Origin: Macrostomum lignano
Taxonomy: Eukaryota
Direction of reading: 5' to 3'
Assembly: GCA_002269645.1 (NCBI GenBank)
Contig: NIVC01000721.1
Location: 62,001-126,000 of the forward strand
DNA: 64,000 nt
The notes under the pieces are model-generated. The model was not told the DNA's origin. It was given only the letters and a program-made list of their open reading frames with translations, and did not search any database. Below are positions 50,366 to 62,384 of the stretch, piece by piece. The stretch's first letter is position 1, and each line of letters begins with the position of its first letter. The translations under genes and the position numbers were made by a program.

Positions 50366-53300
50366 TCACTTCTTGGTCCGGCCGGCCTTTCTCACGCCAG
50401 CCGACTTCTTTCTGGCTATTAATTTTGTCGACTTCTTCTTAATGCTGCTTTTTGCTTTGGCCTTGCCCGCCGGAGACTTCTTTGCTAATGTCTTTGCTCG
50501 GACTGTCTTCTTGTCCTTTCCGGCTGCGGAGCTCTTAGCCAACCCCGACGAGGACAATCGAGTCTTCTTCTTCGGCGGAGCGGCTGCATCGTCGCCGTTA
50601 GCACCCGCCGCCGCCGATTCGCCTTCGCCTTCGCCTTTGGCTTCCTCTTTTAGCAGACGGTCGGCCTCCTCGGCGCTGAGCTGTCCAGCCGCCACCATGC
50701 CCTCCAGGCAGCGACGCTTGTGCCGCAGGCGCTCCTCGGCTTTGGCCGTCACCCGGTCAGCCTGCGGTGAGCGATGAAATAAATACGCTTGTATGATTGA
50801 TATAAACTACTGTTTCAGTGAAGATTCGAGTAGGCAAGCAGCCAATTTTAATGTTATATTTATAGAGTGCAGGGGATGGTGGGAGAGTGCAGTGGATGGG
50901 GAAGAGTGTAGGGGATGGGGAGAGTGTAGGGGATGGGGAGAGTGTAGGGGATGGGGAGAGTGTAGGGGATGGGGAGAGTGTAGGGGATGGGGAGAGTGTA
51001 GGGGATGGTGGGAGAGTGCAGTGGATGGGGAAGAGTGTAGGGGATGGGGAAGAGTGTAGGGAATGGGGGAGAGTGCAGGGGATGGGGGAAGTGTAGGGGA
51101 TAGGGAAGAGTGTAGGGGATGGGGAGAGTGTAGGGGATGGGGAAGAGTGTAGGGGATGGGGAAGTGTAGGGGATGGGGAAGAGTGTAAGGGATGGGGAAG
51201 AGTGTAGGGGATGAGGAAGAGGGTAGGGGATGGGGAAGAGGGTAGGGGATGGGGAAGAGAGTGTAGGGGTGGGGAAGAGAGTGCAGGGGATGAGGAAGAG
51301 TGTAGGGGGTGGGGAAGAGCGTAGGGGATGGGGAAGAGTGTACGGGATGGGGAAGAGTGTAAGGGATGGGGAAGTGTAGGGGATAGGGAAGAGTGTAGGG
51401 GATGGGGGAGAGTGTAGGGGATGGGGAAGTGTAGGGGATGGGGAAGAGTGTAAGGGATGGGGAAGAGTGTAGGGGATGAGGAAGAGTGTAAGGGATGGGG
51501 AAGAGTGTAGGGGATGAGGAAGAGTGCAGGGGATGGGGAAGTGTAGGGGATGGGGAAGTTGGCATATGTGAGCGTATGCTTAGCTACATCTATTAAATAC
51601 TGAGCTAAGCAGTAAACCCTAAAGACGCGATTGTTCCGGAATTTATATAAAATTGAATAGGGCCATAGCAACAACAATAGCAGCAGCACTAGATTTTGTG
51701 CCGAACTTTGGATCGGTCATTTTTAATAAAGCCCCGAAAATTTACCGCTTCCAACGATTCAAACCTTTTCGCTTAACATTTAAAAACTTGCGAAGTAGGA
51801 AGCACAGCATTTCCCTCACCTGATCCGATCGTCTCTTAGCCTTAAGCCGCCGCTTGCGCCTGGCCCGACTATCCAGCTCGACCAGCTGCTCTGGCGTCTT
51901 CATCACAAACTTGTGATAGAGCACCGCTCCTGAGTTGACGCCTTCCTCCACTTTGAGCAGCTGCAATTCTATCCGAGGACCGAGCTCCGTTAAGCGAACA
52001 GCCGACGCACCGCCCTGGGGATTGGCCGGCCCGACGCCAACAGGCAGACAGTCGATGGTGTTGTGGTCGCCGTCAAAGTCCGCGTCGGACAGGCCGGAGT
52101 CGGACGCGCAGCCGGCGCCGCTGACGAAATCGTTGAAATCGGTGTAGCGGCTCAGATCCGGCACCTGAGTCGGTTGGCGTTCAGGGGCGGGTGCTTAATA
52201 AGGACTTCTCAATCTTGGGCGTGACTAAGCAATGACCTACTGAAGATTGTGGAGAGGGTGATAGAATAGTAGACTGAGATGAGGATGCTACTACACCTGC
52301 TGAGTAGACTGGGAGGGTGCTACCACACCTGCTGAGTAGACTGGGAGGGTGCTACCACACCTGCTGAGTAGACTGAGATGAGGATGCTACTACGACACCT
52401 GCTGAGTGGAGGGTGCAGCACTCACATTGAATAGACTGGGAGGGTGCAGCACACACATTGAATAGACTGGGAGGGTGCAGCACACACAGTGAATAGACTG
52501 GGAGGGTGCAGCACACAGTGAATAGACTGGGAGGGTGCAGCACACATTGAATAGACTGGGAGGGTGCAGCACACATTGAATAGACTGGGAGGGTGCAGCA
52601 CACATTGAATAGACTGGGAGGGTGCAGCACACATTGAATGGACTGGGTGGGTGCAGCACACACAGTGAATAGACTGGGAGGGTGCAGCACACAGTGAATA
52701 GACTGGGAGGGTGCAGCACACAGTGAATAGACTGGGAGGGTGCAGCACACAGTGAATAGACTGGGAGGGTGCAGCACACAGTGAATAGACTGGGAGGGTG
52801 CAGCACACAGTAAATAGACTGGGAGGGTGCAGCACACAGTGAATAGACTGGGAGGGTGCAGCACACATTGAATAGACTGGGAGGGTGCAGCACACATTGA
52901 ATAGACTGGGGGGGTGCAGCACACATTGAATAGACTGGGAGGGTGCAGCACACATTGAATAGACTGGGGGGGTGCAGCACACATTGAATAGACTGGGAGG
53001 GTGCAGCACACAGTGAATAGACTGGGAGGGTGCAGCACACAGTGAATAGACTGGGAGGGTGCAGCACACACAGTGAATAGACTGGGAGGGTGCAGCACAC
53101 ACAGTGAATAGACTGGGAGGGTGCAGCACACATTGAATAGACTGGGAGGGTGCAGCACACATTGAATAGACTGGGGGGGTGCAGCACACATTGAATAGAC
53201 TGGGAGGGTGCAGCACACAGTGAATAGACTGGGAGGGTGCAGCACACAGTGAATAGACTGGGAGGGTGCAGCACACATTGAATACCAGAGTGTGAATTGT

Positions 53301-53974
53301 CCCATCCAGCCTGGCAACACTCAAACCTTCTTCCTGCGCAGTCGTCGCACAGCCTTGGACACGCCCCTGGGCGCCAGTCGCACGCTATAATGCCGCAGCT
53401 GGATCTGATCAGTCTCCGGATCGTAATTCAACAGTAAGCATCGACGAACAGTCCGCAGATTCAACTGCTGCAAATTCAACGAAGGCAGCAGGCTTCGAAA
53501 AGTGGTAGTCAGCAAGCGAAGCTGCCGACCCTCGCCAGTGAAGCCGTTCATAATCAACAGAGGCGGATGCTGATAAATTGAGGCGCTACTGTTGATCCGG
53601 CGAGCCGCGCTGAGCACATCGGCGCGCAGGCAGTAGGACAGGACACGAAAGGTCAGAGTTGGACCGTGCGGACAGGCAACTATGCGCATGTTAATAGAAT
53701 CGCTAGGATGAGTGAAATAGACCAGGTGGCTGACGGCGAATTTACCAGCAATGGCTACGGCGTCTTTAAGCACGTTAGACTTGCTGAAGCGCAGGCGCAT
53801 GGCGGTGTAGGGCTCGAATGCTAGGCGCAAGTCAGTGGCCAATTGTTTAACAAATTTGCCAACCCCAGCCCTGGAGAAGATCATTGTGTGCGGCTTGGCT
53901 TTCTCCTCTTCTTCCCGGCCTGGCTGGGCTTTGTTGCGCCGTTTGGCGCGACCTTTTTTGTTCTTGCGAGCCAT
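50366..53974 (-). CDS. PPAN: Peter pan / Ssf1 Brix-domain 60S biogenesis factor, 3 exons, ~462 aa
   Basis: Exons (minus): 53974-53327, 52164-51820, 50761-50366. Motifs PHTMIFSR, LRLAFEPYTAMRL, GPTLTFRVLSY, HPPLLIMNGF, RRCLLLNY..IQLRHYSV, VPDLSRY, AVRLTELGPRIELQLLKVEEG..G.VLYH. Confidence 0.95.
50865..51560. repeat. G-rich 18-21-bp minisatellite in PPAN intron 2, same family as 49255-50090
   Basis: ggggatgggga(a)gagtgta repeated. Confidence 0.93.
52420..53285. repeat. 29-bp (some 31-bp) minisatellite, ~30 copies, filling PPAN intron 1
   Basis: gaatagactgggagggtgcagcacaca(t/g)t repeated. Confidence 0.96.
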
Positions 53975-55289
53975 GCAAATGAGGCTGAAAATAAGGACAG
54001 AAACAAACTTTATGTATTATTTATCAGAGTAGCTTAGAAAGTTGTTGATTTGGTTTGAATTATCTTATTTTAGTAGCTGAATGTTTTGTACAATTTTTTT
54101 GCATGTGGTAGGGAAATATAGGCAGTATGAATGCAAAACAATGCCATATTTTTATGGCAAGATATTTATTTTGCCTAATTTAATTTTCATATTTTTTATT
54201 ATTTATTATCTCCAAAAAGCATTAGGTTATATAATAATAAAATTTAGGCCTTCTGAAAGTGAATTTTTCTTTGCCTAGAAAGGCCTATACATGAGTAAAC
54301 CATATGTATTATTTTTTGCATAACTCATTAGCCCATCTAGCTAGCTGACAAGATATCCAAGGCAAGTATGTCACTGCAAGCTGCATTGGATGGTCCAGTA
54401 GGTACTGGGCACAAAAAATGTCACAGATGAAGTTCTGCCAGTCAATCATCGACTGGCAGCTAATATTGTATTGGCACATACCAGTATTTTTGCTGCCTAG
54501 CATCCACCAAACACTATTAGATTAGGTCAATAAGTTGGCACAACTCTAGGTGATTCCATTCAAAAAAAGAATCCTTCCAGATTGAGACTTAAGCATGGCA
54601 ACCAGGATAGGCCCAAGCATACCTATCAATGAACCAATCACCTTGACAACATTGCAGTCAAATGGTATACCATGGTAGTTATTATATGCACATTGGTTGG
54701 CAATAAGTTGGTAAGTGGCTAGCCAGTTAATTAGGTCGCATGTTGTAGCTATCATCATAGCAAGGTCTTACATGGTTATTTCCATATTATACAGAGCCAT
54801 TGCTATGCACTTTTGCTATGCTGTACTTGTGCAAGAGGAATAATAAAAAATGGTGCAGAAAGGTGTCTAGCCATAACCACAGATACTAAATAACCTAGAT
54901 GGTTCACTCAGCACTATCTTTATATGTCAGTTTGACTTGCTACTCTCTGTCCAGTGGCATAAGCGCATATTTGCTCTGTTTTTGTTTTTTAAGGAAATAA
55001 TAGGCAAGCTTGGCAGTGGATGAGTGGATTGAAATTCTCAGGCATAAAACACTCATTTAAAATCTGTTCCCTACCCAAAAAATGTAGTCTTGGCCATAGA
55101 AAGCCAAAGAAATTGATTGACTTTGTTTTTAGCTAGCAGTCAAGTGCTACAAGATACGGGAGTTTAAATGAGAGGTAGGACGGATGGAGAAAGGAAAGAT
55201 TTTATACTTTGCACTTTGAGGCTTACTAGCAAACAGAGCAAGACTGACACAATACCAGCAAAATTTTGTCATGGAATTCAGCTTAAAGT

Positions 55290-56620
55290 GTTGCTGTGGC
55301 AGCCATACAGTGCAATCTCTAATGGACAAAGGAGTGGCTGTGCGAATGCATGCAGGTTTTCCAGCAGACAACGGAGTTGGAATTGATGGTGGCAGATGCT
55401 GGAAATTGACTTGGACATTGCCAATATAAGCATTGGAGCCATTTGCAAGATGGGATTGCGAGTGTGCAGTTTGCATTTTACTGAAAATGAGTACAACTAT
55501 CCTTCTTTGCAATATGAAGATACAACATGTTTGCGGATGAATGCCATTCCAGACAGGGAGCTGCTCTACCCCGCCTCATTCCTCATTTAGGTGTTTGCAG
55601 TCATGCTTGGGCGCAACCTTGGGATTCACCCGGCCATTTCTATTGGCAAAACACGCATGTAAGTCACTATTGGCTGAGAGCAGTCACGTGACTATTGTTC
55701 TGTCCAATAGCGACTTACATGCGTGTGTTGCCAATAGAAACGGCTGAGTGAATCCCAAAGTTGCGCATGTATGTTTGCAGTGACAAAGAAGCTGACAATG
55801 TGAGCTGCAGCCATTCATGTTTCAATACTACTAATGATGAGCCACCACAGGCTGGAAAGCAGCAGGCAATATGAATGGCCAACAGCTTAGCTAAGGTCAT
55901 GCCAAACAACGAAGCAATAACAGCATTGCTCAGCTGCGCAGCACAACAGTTTTAATGAACAACTAGAACTCAGCTCCTTCGTCAGTGCCCTGTGGTCCGT
56001 GGCTGCCAGTGGCTTGACTTGATATCCCGCAACTGCGAAGATAACAACTGCAATGCTGCCATCATAGCAGCCTGCACCACCACTGGTTCTAGAGACTGTG
56101 TAACTACCAATACCAAAGTAAGTCTACTGAACTCAAGTAGTGTTGCACGCCAGGCACCATTGCAGCAGCAGCTTCACAAAAAGCTAGACTCCTTGCAGAA
56201 TACCAGTGCAGCAATGCCTCGCTGGAAGCTGCTGAGTACGAGTACATTGGTGGGTATGTTCTAAAGCAAAGCCAAGTTCTTCACTGTCAGCTATGCAACT
56301 CTGCTTATAACATCTGCACCTGCAAGGGTTCATATCCAGCACAAGACCTACTTGCATGTATCTTGTGGGTTTACTACACCCTCGCCGGTGGCGCTTGTTG
56401 CATTTTTGAAGATAGAAGCTGAGTTTTCAACCCTGAGACCCAACTTCATAATCCAACCATGTGTGGCAGCTTGGTTTGTATACCACGTTCAGACACAATT
56501 AATAGCACTACCTATCTGTGAGCTGCATTGCACGCGGGTACTCAATCAAGTTCTTAGAACTTTGCTCACCTACCATAGGTGCCATCAGGAAATGAAGAAT
56601 ATAGGTGCAGTGGCTCAGAA
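55290..56620 (+). pseudogene. Degenerate THAP-domain / P-element-like transposase remnant
   Basis: RVCSLHFTENEY..CLRMNAIP (THAP C2CH-like, ORF 55396-55590). Downstream fragment EYIGGYV (~56240) resembles the YIAGYV motif of P-like transposase C-termini. Frames are broken. Confidence 0.5.
55611..55766. mobile_element. ~156-bp near-perfect palindromic MITE
   Basis: Arms gcgcaaccttgggattcac..tttctattggcaaaacacgcatgtaagtcactattgg and ccaatagcgacttacatgcgtgtgttgccaatagaaa..gtgaatcccaaagttgcgc. Confidence 0.75.
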
Positions 56621-56723
56621 AAAAGACTGCGCAAAATTAGTAAGCTAAACTGACTTTGTCTCACTAGTAGTATAACTCAAGAACTTTATATTATTTTTGT
56701 TGCATTACATAAAAAATACATTA

Positions 56724-57510
56724 GGCTCATTCCATATAAGATGGACATATTTGGAAAATAGAAAAAAGTCAATATTTTTGCTTGCCATTGCCTAATTAGC
56801 CTATTTTTTTTACCAAATGTTTATATTGTGCAATATATACAATCTAAGAATAAAGGAATGGTAAAATGTTGGATTAGTATGTTATCAATTGGCAAAAAGT
56901 CATTTTTGTAAAAATTTGGACATTTTTCGAAGCAAAAGACATCATTAAGATTTTGTACCTTTTAAAAACAAATAGAAAGCTTTTGAAGGTTGAAACAAAC
57001 TATAGATAAAAGTATAGTACTTGCATCATCAGATAAAAGCATTGGTGACCAAATAATCTATTATATTTTTAATGTATTAGTACCTCAAAGTTACTGAATT
57101 GACAGAAAAAAATATGTTACGACCATAATGTTACAACCATAAGGCTGCCTTTTCTTTTGTATCTTTGTTGCCTTTTGAGTTTATATATTCTAATAAAAGA
57201 GTATGATTTCTAAAGATGTTCTTAGTCAAATTTTAAAAATGTATAGCAAAATATCAAAAATGAAAAATGTTATAAGACTTTTACCTTTTAGTTTCTATAT
57301 GTCAAAAATCCTGTCGTTACGACCATAAGTGTCATTTAAGGTTTAATAGCATCTATACTAATGATGATATCTATATGAAACTCTATAAATATATTCTAGA
57401 CAAAATAATCTTTCATTTAAAATATTGGTTTAGTATATTCTATTATTAGATTTCATTTTATAAGTAAAAATAACCTGTCATGTTACGACCATGCTTATAT
57501 GGAATGAGCC
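56724..57510. mobile_element. Non-autonomous TIR element (17-bp TIR, 4-bp ATTA flanking duplication)
   Basis: ggctcattccatataag (56724) and cttatatggaatgagcc (ending 57510); atta on both sides; internal repeated gttacgaccat. Confidence 0.75.
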
Positions 57511-58083
57511 ATTATTGGATTATAAATTTTCTCTACTTTTTTCCTTTTTTGCAATCCAAGAAATATTGCTTGAATGTTTGTCAAAAGAATAAAAATAGAA
57601 TCACTAAGTATACCAGAAGCAATTAAAGTTTGACTTATGATTGCATAGACAACGTCAATTATTTCTGTTTTCGTCTAATTATTCACAGCTAGCTGAATAA
57701 ATAAATATTGAATTTTATGATCATACTACTATTAAACAGAGAGTAGTTTTGCTAAATATATTCAAGTAAACCATATATGGTATTTACTACTTAGTATCTG
57801 TGGCTATAACATTGAAGAGTTAAGCATTGTAGCCAATAAATTTAAGATTTTATTTCTATTTACTTGTTATTTGTTAACTTGGTAAAGACCATAGACATTT
57901 GGACTAGACCATAGACCTTTTTCAAGTTGCAAAATATTTAGAAATTTTGGTCATAGACTTTTTGACTTTTTGGTGTCAGTCCTATTACAACAAGTTTAGA
58001 AGCATAGAATTAGTGCTTAATCAGGCTTAGGTCTCTTAAAAGTAGTTTTTTATACTTAAAATAGTTTGTAGATTACTTTTCTA

Positions 58084-58593
58084 GGTACCTGTCCATTTTG
58101 GCGACACCCATTTCAGCAATAGGTCAATTTGGCGACAATTCTTAAATAGGATTTTGAATGCATTCTTATCTCATAGCAACAAAAAATTTCAAAACCTACA
58201 TAAATTTATAACCTTTGTTTAAATGTTGTTAAAACGAATTATAGTATAAAACTTTACATTAAACATTAAAAGCTTTGTTAAAACTATGTTAAAATTTTTA
58301 ATATAAAACTTAATTAACATGTTGGACAGTATAAAACCTGGACACTGATGGACATTTAGACACCAAAAGTACAGTAAAACGAATGAATTACAATAAGAAA
58401 TTAATGTTTTAAGAAACGACAAGAAAAAAGCTTGTAGAGAACTATGAGATATGAGATAAGATAAAATTTTATGAGATAAGAAAACATTCAAAATCCTATT
58501 TAAGAATTGTTGCTGAAATAGTTGTCGCCAAATTGACCTGTTGCCAAAATGGGTGTTGCTAAAATGGTTTGTTGCCGAAATGGACTGGATTCC
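58084..58593. mobile_element. Foldback/Mutator-like element with ~100-bp imperfect TIRs
   Basis: Left gtccattttggcgac..aggtcaatttggcgacaattcttaaataggattttgaatg mirrored by right cattcaaaatcctatttaagaattg..gtcgccaaattgacct..gaaatggac. Confidence 0.75.
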
Positions 58594-58601
58594 TTTTCTA
58601 G

Positions 58602-60741
58602 GGTACCCGATAAAATGCGGAATCCGCAACGGAATCGGAATGGAATAGTACGGTAAAACGCGGAATCCGCAGCGGAATAGTAAACTGCGGAACGAAGTGC
58701 GGATTCCGCATATTAAAGTAAAACGCGGAATGCGAAAATGAAAAAAGTAAAATGCAGAATGAAAACTAACTGAATTATACTTTTATTCATCAACATCAAC
58801 ATGTACTAAAGACTACAAATAGCTATCTAGCTACATGTATATATAGCTTAATTTATTTAGAAGCTGATTTTTTGTAGTGTCAAATAAAGTTTCTATCATC
58901 GGAATGTATGTATATTAACAACATATTGTGCAGTTTTCGGAAATAAGTATACGCTAAAAATACAGAAATAAATTTCTTTGCAAGAAATGTTTAAATATTC
59001 CATTTGCCTATCTTGCAAATGCATTCGGAAGTGTTACCATGATGCTCACTTGCGCTAGGCTTCTGCGCCAGTTTATCACAATATATCATGATATTAAAAA
59101 GTGCTTATGCATGGACCTGGCCTGATTTCCAAGTGCCAAAATGTGCTACAAGGGAACCTAACGTACAAGCAAAACCCTTTCCTGGACATCCTTTTTGATG
59201 CGACCAACTATTTCTAAATGTACTGTTTGATTGAATCTATGCATTAACTTTTCTGTGGACAAAGCCCACGAGATTAAGTTCCGAAGAGGGTTTACAGGCG
59301 ACAACAACCCGCTTTACGGGTGTGCGGGTAGAGCCTCTATGTGACTATGACCCGAAACAACAGCCCAGCAGTTGATTTGTGTCCTTAGAAGTAAGCACTA
59401 TTTGCAGGCATAGATTAATAAAGTTAACAAAAAGGTTGCGATAAAAACAATGCCCATTTTTGTAATAGTTACTCCGGAACCCGATGTGCAACTATAAATA
59501 TAAACGTATGCCCAGATTGATAATTTCCATACTATGACTTGACTTCGCGATTCAAACACTGCATCAACATTACAATTCGGGGAGTCGAATTTCTTGGGTT
59601 TGTCCTCCAGTGGAGGAGTTCCACTCGTTATACCTAACTTTCTATTGCCTAGAGAAGTCACTATATATGATTTATCTGATTCATACCCCCAAGCAGTGGT
59701 TAATTCGATAGAATAGAATGAAGGGATTGTTATGCAAGTGAGAAATCAAATAATTTTATACATTTTCTTATATTTACTAACAAAATAGAGCCCCAATAAT
59801 AAATAATCAAGCACTTATTCGTTAGCGATTCGCTGTCCCGTCGCTGGCGAAAAGTCGCTGGCGAAACTTCGCTAATGTTCCGCTGACGATTCGCCAATGC
59901 GACCGAGGTGGAAAAACTATGTTTTATGCTGCAGGAAGAAAAGTTCCAGACAAACACAGCTTTTTGAAACGTTCCATATGGGAAATGAAGAAAAAAAATG
60001 TCGCCACTACTTCGCTGTCTTGCTGACAATTCGCTTGCGATTCGCCGGCGATTTTCCCAGAGGGTACTGACCTTCCATACTGATCTGACTGATCTGACTT
60101 TCCATGCTTCCTTGTACTATTTATTGCCTTTCTTGACACTAAAAACGTAAAAGCGTCTTGCAAATCGTAATTTTAGCTTCGCTAAAATCTATCTTGTCCT
60201 AAAGTTTCGGATATAATTTTTTTTTAGAAATGCACATTTAATGCTACGATTTTTTTTGACAGCAATAGGATGTAGGATGACTTCTCACCACATGTCAGCG
60301 GGCACTTTTGAAATACATTAAATATAAAAATTGTACGTAGTATGCACTTTCGCTTCCAGAGTATGATTTTACCTTAAATAAGTTGCCAAAGCTCTATCTT
60401 CATTCCGAAAATTACTGTATCTTAACCATTCTGCTGAGGATTTTGCTAAGGGAAGATCAACAGATTTGATTTGAGTGTCATAGTGACAATGAAAAACAAT
60501 TTGTTCAGCAAAAATGTACATAAATTTCAGATGTTTTTTTAAATATAAGGTGATGAATAAAAGTATAATTCAGTTAGTTTTCATTCCGCATTTTACTTTT
60601 TTCATTTTCGCATTCCGCGTTTTACTTTAATATGCGGAATCCGCACTTCGTTCCGCAGTTTACCATTCCGCTGCGGATTCCGCGTTTTACCGTACTATTC
60701 CATTCCGATTCCGTTGCGGATTCCGCATTTTACCGGGTACC
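58602..60741. mobile_element. Non-autonomous Mutator-like (MULE) element with ~190-bp TIRs and a 9-bp TSD
   Basis: 58602-~58790 is the near-perfect reverse complement of ~60550-60741 (ggtacccg..aaaatgcggaatccgc..). TSD cttttctag at 58593-58601 and 60742-60750. No transposase ORF seen inside. Confidence 0.88.
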
Positions 60742-62384
60742 CTTTTCTAGAGTCAAAATAATTTAGCAAATGAAACTTGACAATTGCCTAAAAATAAAAT
60801 ATATTGATTATATAAAGGCCCTATTTGATTTTAAATATATTATAACATAGCATTTATAATTATAATTATAATTATATTATATTATGTTTAAAATGAAAAA
60901 AATGGAATTGCAAATTAATAGTAAAAAGAATAGATATTATAAAGTCAAAGACTAAAAGAAGGTCAATGTTATGGCCCTTTTGGTCTTAAAATTATATAGG
61001 CCTAATTATTTTATATTTTGTAGGCCTAAGCTAAGGCTATTGAAATTCAAAATGTTTATATAAAACTTAAAAGATGACATATTTATAAACTAAAAGTCAT
61101 ATCATGTATAAATATAAAAAACAAAGTAGAAACTATAGAACTAAAGAAAGTAAGGTACTAGGTAAGATAACTTCTACTAGGCCCCATGTGGCCATGTAGA
61201 ACAAGGCTTCCTTATTATTTTTGTCTATTTGCTATTCATCATTAGTTTAGGCAGTTAGGCTGTTAGGATTCTACCAAGGCTAATGGCAATGCTAGGCCTG
61301 ACAATGATGTTATGTTTTAGTCAGAAGTCGACTAGAGTCTAGGCCTCCCATGGCCCTAGCTAGAGGCTAGAGCCAGAGCCAAAGGCCAAAGCCAGTGCCA
61401 GACTCAGAGAAGTTATAACTTATAAGCTCATTAACTACTATGATAATTATACCGGTATTACAGTTTACTTACATTTAAAACTAGGCCTAATCCCAAAATT
61501 CAATGCTTTATCACGTTTTATCATGCTTACCATCCATGCCTTTACATTCCTAAAAATCGACAATTCCTTCCCTTCTGTGCATTTCCGGTTATCGCATGCT
61601 GCTGAGTGCTGTGCACTACTGTGCGGGGAAAAGTTTAAAAATAGAATCTTCAGTTAGCAGAATAGTGAAACTCTTTGCAAAAAATAATTTAGAATTAAAG
61701 TTTTTGTGAATTTTATAACGCATTTGTACACAATGCAAAAGACATTTTAAAAAGTTGCGTTAAAACTATTGAAGACAGTGAGATAAAATTCAAACACAAA
61801 TATGAGTCAATGCTTCCAGGAAAGCAAAACAGTTCCATTAGAATAAGAAGACTTGCAATGTTACAATGTATTTAATAATCAGTCGGTAAAAGATTCGGAA
61901 TGATATTTAGACTCTTGCAATGTATTTAATAATCAGTCGGAATTAGAGTCAGAATGATATTTAGACTCTTGCAATGTATTCAATTTAATCAGTCGCTGGA
62001 CAGTCGGAATAAGAATCGGAATATTCCGACCGTTATTCCGACTCGTAATTAGGGATTGCAATCCGGGATCCCGAAATCCCGGAATTTGGGGTCCCGAATC
62101 CCGGCACTAACTTTTGTTATTATTTTTACAATAGTTTTGTAATATGAACATAATTGGGCCTATAACTAGGCCTAGTTTATCATACTGCGCTAATTTCTGT
62201 TAATCGCCTCATGTTGTGTGGCGCGGCGCCTTTTTAAACCCCACATCACAGCTTTAATGTGAAATTTATTCCAATATAAATTTTGATATACATGATTTTC
62301 TTCTTTACTTTTAATTAGTACTTTTATACTACTTACTTGAATATGTCACAAGATAATGCTGTTTTTCATGTACAAAAAAGGGGT

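Noticed and set aside
49244-51689. His/Pro-rich and GDGEES ORFs, including the first ~170 aa of the 48483-49715 ORF
   Set aside because: G-rich minisatellite read-through; the claudin starts at ATG 49199 just after an acceptor-like site.
52352-53324. Three ~300-aa Cys-rich ORFs on the minus strand
   Set aside because: All three frames of a stop-free 29-bp tandem repeat inside PPAN intron 1.
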